A DNA stretch of 64,000 nucleotides from the NCBI GenBank assembly GCA_020137815.1, contig CM035355.1, positions 4,154,001 to 4,218,000 on the forward strand, in the 5' to 3' direction. The notes beneath the pieces were generated by a model. It made no database searches. It was not told where the DNA came from and saw only the letters and a program-made list of their open reading frames with translations. This DNA comes from Hormiphora californensis. Taxonomy: Eukaryota; Animalia; Ctenophora. Within the stretch, counting starts at the first letter, position 1. Each line of letters opens with the position of its first letter. This document shows positions 57,722-64,000 of the stretch, piece by piece. Both the position numbers and the translations under genes were made by a program.

Positions 57722-60192
57722 GAAAGGGGAGAGAGAGAGAACTAGCTAATACAGCTACATGTTGGTCCTTGCAATCTTCCCTAATATAGATTCCTATTAG
57801 AACCACCTTTCTCATTCTCCTAGTTGACTTCTCTCTCCCTCGATTCTCTCAATATCTCTCCCTCTCCTTTATTCTCTCAATCTTTTTATCTCCCCCCCAA
57901 TAATCTACTAGAAACAAAAATCGTTTATTTTAACAATCTACCTCTAATTTAAGACAGCCCACGTACAGAAAAAGCTATACCTATTTATGAAACTTATATT
58001 CCCTGTTTTACACTGGTAACGAAGTAAACCCTTGGTTATTACTTATTTTGTAACCAACGTTTTAGAATAGTTCCCCCTCCTCCTTATTTTATAGCCCCCC
58101 CCCCTCCCTCCAGGTATGCCGGGAATATCAGAGATCCCAGTGTCCCCGAGGTAACGATGAATGCAAGTACGCCCACCCTGAGGCCCACATCCATCCTGAC
58201 CCTAACGATAATATGGTCACTGTCTGTATGGACTTTATGAAGGTACGTGTAACCGCAGTCAGTGCCTGAACCCTCTCACCCCCAATCTCTTTGATTCTCA
58301 TAACACCTCTCTAACACCCACCTTATCTCTCTCTAACACCCACCTCTCTAACACCTTCTCTCTCTCTAACACCCACCTCTCTGTCGCCCAATCTCTTCCA
58401 TTCTCTAACACCCACCTCTCTAACACCTTCCTCTCTAACACCTTCTCTCTCTAACACCTTCCTCTCTGTTATAGGAGCGTTGCGAGCGAGAAACCTGCCG
58501 GTATTTCCACCCTCCACCTCATCTTCAAGCGAAGGTCAAAGCCAATCAGCTTAACGCCTCAAGTCTAATGGCTGCCGCGGCTCAAAGCCACGCTCTTGCC
58601 CTGGTACGGTCCCCTAGTTGGAGCGCCACATGCTATATCATTTAAATATCCAGCTCTTAACCTTCTTCTTGTTCTTAGTTGTCGGATTTTTTGAAGTTGT
58701 CACCCCAAACTCATGCGTTTGTGATATTTTTGACGTGTATGCACCAAACTTTATAAAACATTATAGTCGCGCTTGAGAAAGGGGAGACAACTTCAAATAT
58801 ATCCGACTTTACCCTGTGTAGTACGATACATGCTCTACAACACTACTACACTGCTCTATACTATAAACTGACGCGCCGCCCGCGCTGCCTCTAAACGAGC
58901 AGCTGTTGCAAAGCTGCGCAGCTTTAACACATTTAACACACTCTCATGTGTAACAAGGGTTTTACATTCTGCCGTGACCCACACCTTTTTACATGGCTGT
59001 TACGTTTTTTAAAACGTCTCTAGATAGGATAAATACCAGCGTATCTCTTTCACAGATATCCCAAAGATATGTCAGAGAGAGATACGCTGTAGTTGTATAG
59101 AAGTTGTATAAAAGTTATTCAATACCTGCAGACGTATAGAAAGGACTAATACCTGTCCTTGCTATATGATTTATTGCAGTCAGTCAATACAGCTTGTAGA
59201 GGACAAGGTGGGACCCCCTCCTTGCCCTTTCTCAACTCTTAGAGGGCAAGAACACCCCCTGCACCTTGCCCCCTCCCTATCACATGATGGGGGGCAAGGA
59301 GTTCCTAGGAACCCCTCCCCTCCCTACAAGTCAGCTGTTATAGGGACTAATAGGGCTTGTAGGGAGGGGAGTACCTACTACCTATATAAGCTGTTACTAC
59401 TACTACAGTTCTAGTACTAGTAGTAGTCCCTATATAAGCTGTTAGATGGAAAGGACACCCCTCTCCCTGCCATCTCAACAGGACACTATATAAGCTCCTT
59501 GCCCCTTCCTATCACCTGTTAGGGGGCAAGTAGTCCCTATACCTAAGCTGTTACTACTACTACAGGTACTAGTAGTAGTAGTAGTAGTCCCTATACCTAA
59601 GCTGTTACTACTACTACAGTACTAGTAGTAGTATACCTAAGCTGTTATATGCTATGTAGCTGTTTCACCTCAGGGAGGGACGTCAGGTGGAACGCCCAGC
59701 GCCGCAGCAGCAGCAGCAGCCCCGCCCCCTCCAGCTGCTGTATCAACCTCTACCAGCCACCTGCTGCCTACCTCCTACGCCGGGGCCGCTGCCGTCGCTG
59801 GATACTACCCTGCCGCTCCAACCCACCACCACCACACCGCGGGGATGATCCACCCGAACCCGGCCATGGCCCTTGGACCCGCCTCCCTGGGTGGTCTAGG
59901 AGCTGCTGGACAGTTCCACCAGTCACAACTTGCTGGAATGATGCACCCCGGAGCTGCAGGAATGTACGACCCAGCGACCGCGGCAGCAGCTATGGCGGCG
60001 GCGGCGGCCCACCATCATTCAGCTGGATCGCTTGCAGCTGCTCTGCCGAAAGACCCACTGGCAAGATCTACTGTGTTGGCGCAAATGGCCGCAGAAAAAG
60101 CTGTTCTTACTAACAGAAAGCGCAAATTAATGGACTCTATGGTAGGTGCAAGATGCAGTACTATGGGCCGTCAGTAACATCTCTCTCTCTCG

Positions 60193-60269
<77 letters not shown>

Positions 60270-61424
60270 CCTCTCTCTCTCTCTTTCCCCCTCTCTCTCT
60301 CTACGAACATATCGTGCTGTAAAGTGAATCAGAGAATCGAATTCTCATACCCTCAGCCAGATATCATCTTGTTTTCCTCACTTTCTGTTACTGACGGTTC
60401 CTACTACTGTGTATGTGTGTGTAAACCCCGTCTGTGCGTGTAATATCGCTGCTCTTATTAAAACCACGTCCCAGTATTATAAACGTACGTGTGTATGCTG
60501 CTTCAAACCACCCCCATCCCCTGAGCGCTAGCTGTTTAACCACTTTCCTAACCACTCTCTCTCCCCATTGTTATTACAACAATCTCTCCCCCTCTCTCCC
60601 TATTGTTATTACAACACTCTCACCTCCTCTCTCCCCCAGTCTGGGTACCCTGATATAGTAAAGAGACAAGCTCTGGCCGGTGTAGCTGGACCAGCCTCTG
60701 CTGCTGCCCTAATGAATCCGTGGAACATGTCCCAACAGTTAGCCCTACAGGGAGCACTGGCAGGGGGCGTGCCAGCACAGCATCAACTACTGAATAATTC
60801 GCTAGGTAAGTGAACCACTGCAATGTTGTTACAACAATGTTGTAGTAGAACCTGTCTGAAAGGGTCAGTGCTCTGACAGAGTTGAAGCAAATGGCCATGA
60901 TGATTCATTATAGTTCTAGATCCTCAATATTTTACCCTAACCCCCATCTCTCTCTCTCTTTATCCTAACCCCCATCTCTCTCTTCAGCGGCATCTGCTCT
61001 CGTCCAGCAACAGTTGAATTACCTAACAACATCATCCTACGACAACAACTATAATTGTAATACCAAAATTCTGTAACATTTCATTACCCCCCCCCCCCCT
61101 CCTTAATAACCCTGAATTATATTCTGTAACATTTTAACTCTAACTAAAATTGTAATCCCCGAATTCTGTTTATGTTTTATCCCCCCCCCCCCCCAATCCC
61201 CATACCATAACCCAGTTCCTACCAAAGTCTCACCATATCTCTTTTCCACAGCAGCCACAGCATTGATGCAACAGCAGGCCGCTCTCAACTACCCAACTTC
61301 CTACGCCTCCCTACCCATCTCTAGCAGTGCAGCATCCTACGCTGCTATCCAGGCGGCAGCTACCCCCTATAACACAGCACCTCAGCAACCCTCGACCTCC
61401 CCTACACCTACCCCTACCCAATAG
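57276..61424 (+). CDS. MBNL: Muscleblind-like CCCH zinc-finger splicing factor. Exons 57276-57404, 58114-58242, 58475-58603, 59674-60141, 60640-60805, 60988-61056, 61252-61424; first exon upstream, uncertain
   Basis: [64 protein letters not shown] is the MBNL tandem ZnF pair. It is followed by Ala-rich sequence and basic NRKRKL / KRQAL motifs. Stop TAG at 61422-61424. Confidence 0.93.
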
Positions 61425-62566
61425 CGGGGAAATAGAGATACCACTCCCCCCAAATGACGAACATGACGTCGTGTTAGCTTATTATACTCAACTTAATAAG
61501 CCATTTCATGAGTTTTTAGGATTTTTATTTATTATTGTGTGTGTGAGTGTGACTTTGTGAAATTCACGAGTGAGAGTGAGAGAGAGATGAAGAGAAAGAT
61601 AAAGTGATTTATTTCACTTTGAGTACTTATTTGTTTTATTTGTGCGTGAGAGAGAGAGAGAGAATTAGACGATTTTAAGAGAGAGAGAGGGGTTTCCCTA
61701 TTATATATCCGTGACAGATCAGCAACGATTTCTTTCGAGCGCTCCCCCCAACATAAATTTACCCCAACCCTCAGATGAAAACTGTTTTCCTTCCCCCCTA
61801 TCCGCCTCCAAATCTTCACGTGAATGTGAAAGGAGAGATAGTATCTCGAGCAGATCGAGAGCAAACAGCTATAATTTCTCTTATTTGCACTCTCAATTTG
61901 TATTCCGTTTCGGTTTTTAGAAGTATGTGGTTATAATTCGATATGTGATCTCTATCAATGTGTAAATACCAAATCTTGTACAAGAGACATCCAGAACGCC
62001 GCCGCCGCCCCGCTGTGCAAACGCCAAAAAAGAATCCAATTTTTCCAGTCTGTACAAAATGTCCCCCCTGCTGCAAATACAAGCTGCTATATCCCCCCAG
62101 AAATATACAAATTCATCTTTCAGTTCATCTCCCGGAATTCCCTTGTTTTTCTTATCTCTAGGAAATCCCCAGAAAATGTGTCCCCCCGCTGTCGCAGCTA
62201 CATATCTCGAGCTAAGCTGAGCACGTGATATTATGATAATGATCTCTCATTTCTTGTTATTTTTTGTTGTTTTTTTCCCCGCTGACAATTGAGCTGCAAA
62301 TTTGTTATGTTGGAATTGCGCTGGTTTTCGTGTCTTGTGTGAGTGTATGTGTGTGTGTGTTTATTTTATCGAGGTGATGAAGATGCAATGATTTGAACAC
62401 TATATGCTGGCTGTATGAAAATGCCGTGCGTGCTGACTTGCCAAGAGAGGAGAGGAATGTGTTTCACCCATATTTTATGATCACTTTACATGTAGTTAAC
62501 TCAGACCAATTTTATGTTACAAAATCCGACTTTTTAATTTGCCGCTCCCAATTCAATCGATTTTGC

Positions 62567-62809
62567 ATGGCAGCAACACAAATACCCTGGTACCGGGTTC
62601 TAAAGACAGTTGGACAAAACTGGAGAACTGGAGATGAAGAGTGGAAACATTGGGCCTCCTTAGCTCTGAAACCGGTGACCTTTCCAGCCCAGGAACGCTT
62701 TCCAGCGCCGCGCACTCACAATTATTACCGTTCAAATGTTCGGCGCGACCAAAACTCGGCTGCTAACATTGAGTACTTTCATTATAAGAGAGGCAGTGCG
62801 CGCTCCTAA
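62567..62809 (+). CDS. Small intronless 80-aa ORF, possibly complex I subunit NDUFA7 (B14.5a)-like
   Basis: MAATQIPWYRVLKTVGQNWRTGDEEW..PAPRTHNYYRSNVRRD.. is non-repetitive and coding-like. NWxxG and NYY..xRR(D/E) recall NDUFA7 motifs; similarity judged by eye only. Confidence 0.45.
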   Translation: MAATQIPWYRVLKTVGQNWRTGDEEWKHWASLALKPVTFPAQERFPAPRTHNYYRSNVRRDQNSAANIEYFHYKRGSARS

Positions 62810-62886
62810 ACATTAGACACTGCCAGAAATAGGGTGGAGCTGTTTTTGGCAGAGTATTCTGTAATTGAGGAATGCGCTACTAAGTA

Positions 62887-63730
62887 CAGTCGGACCCCGA
62901 TTTAACGGCCCCCGATTTAGCGGCACCCCGATTTAACGGCAGGATAAATTTCCCCCAAAAATTTTTTGAAATTTTTTTTGAAAATTTTTCAAAGGTGTAT
63001 CAACCACGTCCGAATCGTTTTTCGAATCGTTGCATCTTATTGCATGTCTTGCTGGTAATTAGACGGTTCGAAACGAACAGATATGTGATCCCCATGAGGC
63101 CCATCGAGTCGCAATTTTGACGTTTGTTAAACTGGCCCCATGGGGATCCCGTATCGGTTCGTTTCGAACCGTCTAATTAGCGACAGGACGTGCGATAAGA
63201 TACACTGACTCGAAACACGATTCGGACGTGGTTGATATACCTTTGAAAAAATTTCATAACTTTTTTTGCAAAATTTTACAGATTGATTTTCAATGCTTTG
63301 ATCGATGCTCCCCATGAATTTTCAGAGAAAAATATATTTTTAAATTCGAATTCTTCCTCATCCCGCTTAAAGTGCCCCGATTCGGCATGGTATCACATAT
63401 CGGTTCGTTTCGAACCGTCTAATTAGCAGCAAGACATGCGATAAGATGCACTGATTCGATAAACGATTCGGACGTGGTTGATGTAGTACCTTAGAAAGTT
63501 TTTATAACTTTTTTTGAAATTAAAAAAAGTATTTTCTTTTTCTAATCAGAAATGATCATGTAATCAATACATGGACATTGCATTTAACACTTAGATGTGT
63601 TTTAGTATAACATTTTGGACAAAAATAGGGTTTTATGGGCCAAATATGCTCTACCCCGATTTAACGGACACCCCGATTTAACGGACAAAACCCTTTCCCC
63701 CGAGGGTGCCGTTAAATCGGGGTCCGACTG
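62887..63730. mobile_element. pogo/Tigger-like MITE, TA TSD
   Basis: TA+CAGTCGGACCCCGATTTAACGGC ... GCCGTTAAATCGGGGTCCGACTG+TA. Subterminal CCCCGATTTAACGG repeats. An internal ~105-bp module is present three times (one inverted). Confidence 0.9.
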
Positions 63731-64000
63731 TAGTAGTAATATTCGATCAGCGACAAAATGGGAAGTGCATTACGCACACTCACACCTTGTGAATGGAGAA
63801 AACGTAGTTTCTAAATGTTATCGGGGGAAAATAATTTCATGAATATATAAATAAACACACACGCAATCTTTAATTTATACATTTCGTATAATACATCCTG
63901 TACATCATAATCTGTGTCCCATATATGATAGTTCGTCAGAATTTAAATAACCACACACAGTTCATCCATTCAGCATCTCTATCTCTTTATCTCTGGCTGC

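Overview
Intron-rich metazoan genomic DNA with abundant (GA/TC)n microsatellites, one N-gap (50689-50788) and one stretch that looks like poor-quality assembly (~44100-45550). The organism is probably a ctenophore such as Pleurobrachia; this is inferred from gene style and my recollection of a 110-bp repeat, not verified. Five multi-exon genes were reconstructed by hand: 26S proteasome subunit PSMD2/Rpn1 (+, 5'-partial), eIF4A (+), a NEK8/NEK9-like kinase with RCC1 repeats, a coiled coil and a C-terminal CaaX box (-), UBE2O (+) and a muscleblind/MBNL gene (+). There is also a small intronless ORF resembling NDUFA7. Introns hold many non-autonomous DNA transposons with readable TIRs and TSDs. 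Highlights: (1) a foldback element with CACAGTG ends, a 5-bp TSD (Transib-like) and an 11-bp left/right TIR asymmetry echoing the 12/23 RSS rule; (2) 23-bp 'solo' insertions with perfect 8-bp TSDs, derivable from an 85-bp parent; (3) a pair of duplicated, probably mutually exclusive UBE2O exons separated by only 44 nt; (4) hAT-like MITEs sitting 10-12 nt from 5' splice sites; (5) repeated tandem duplication of splice junctions. Most ORF-track entries are microsatellite or repeat artefacts.
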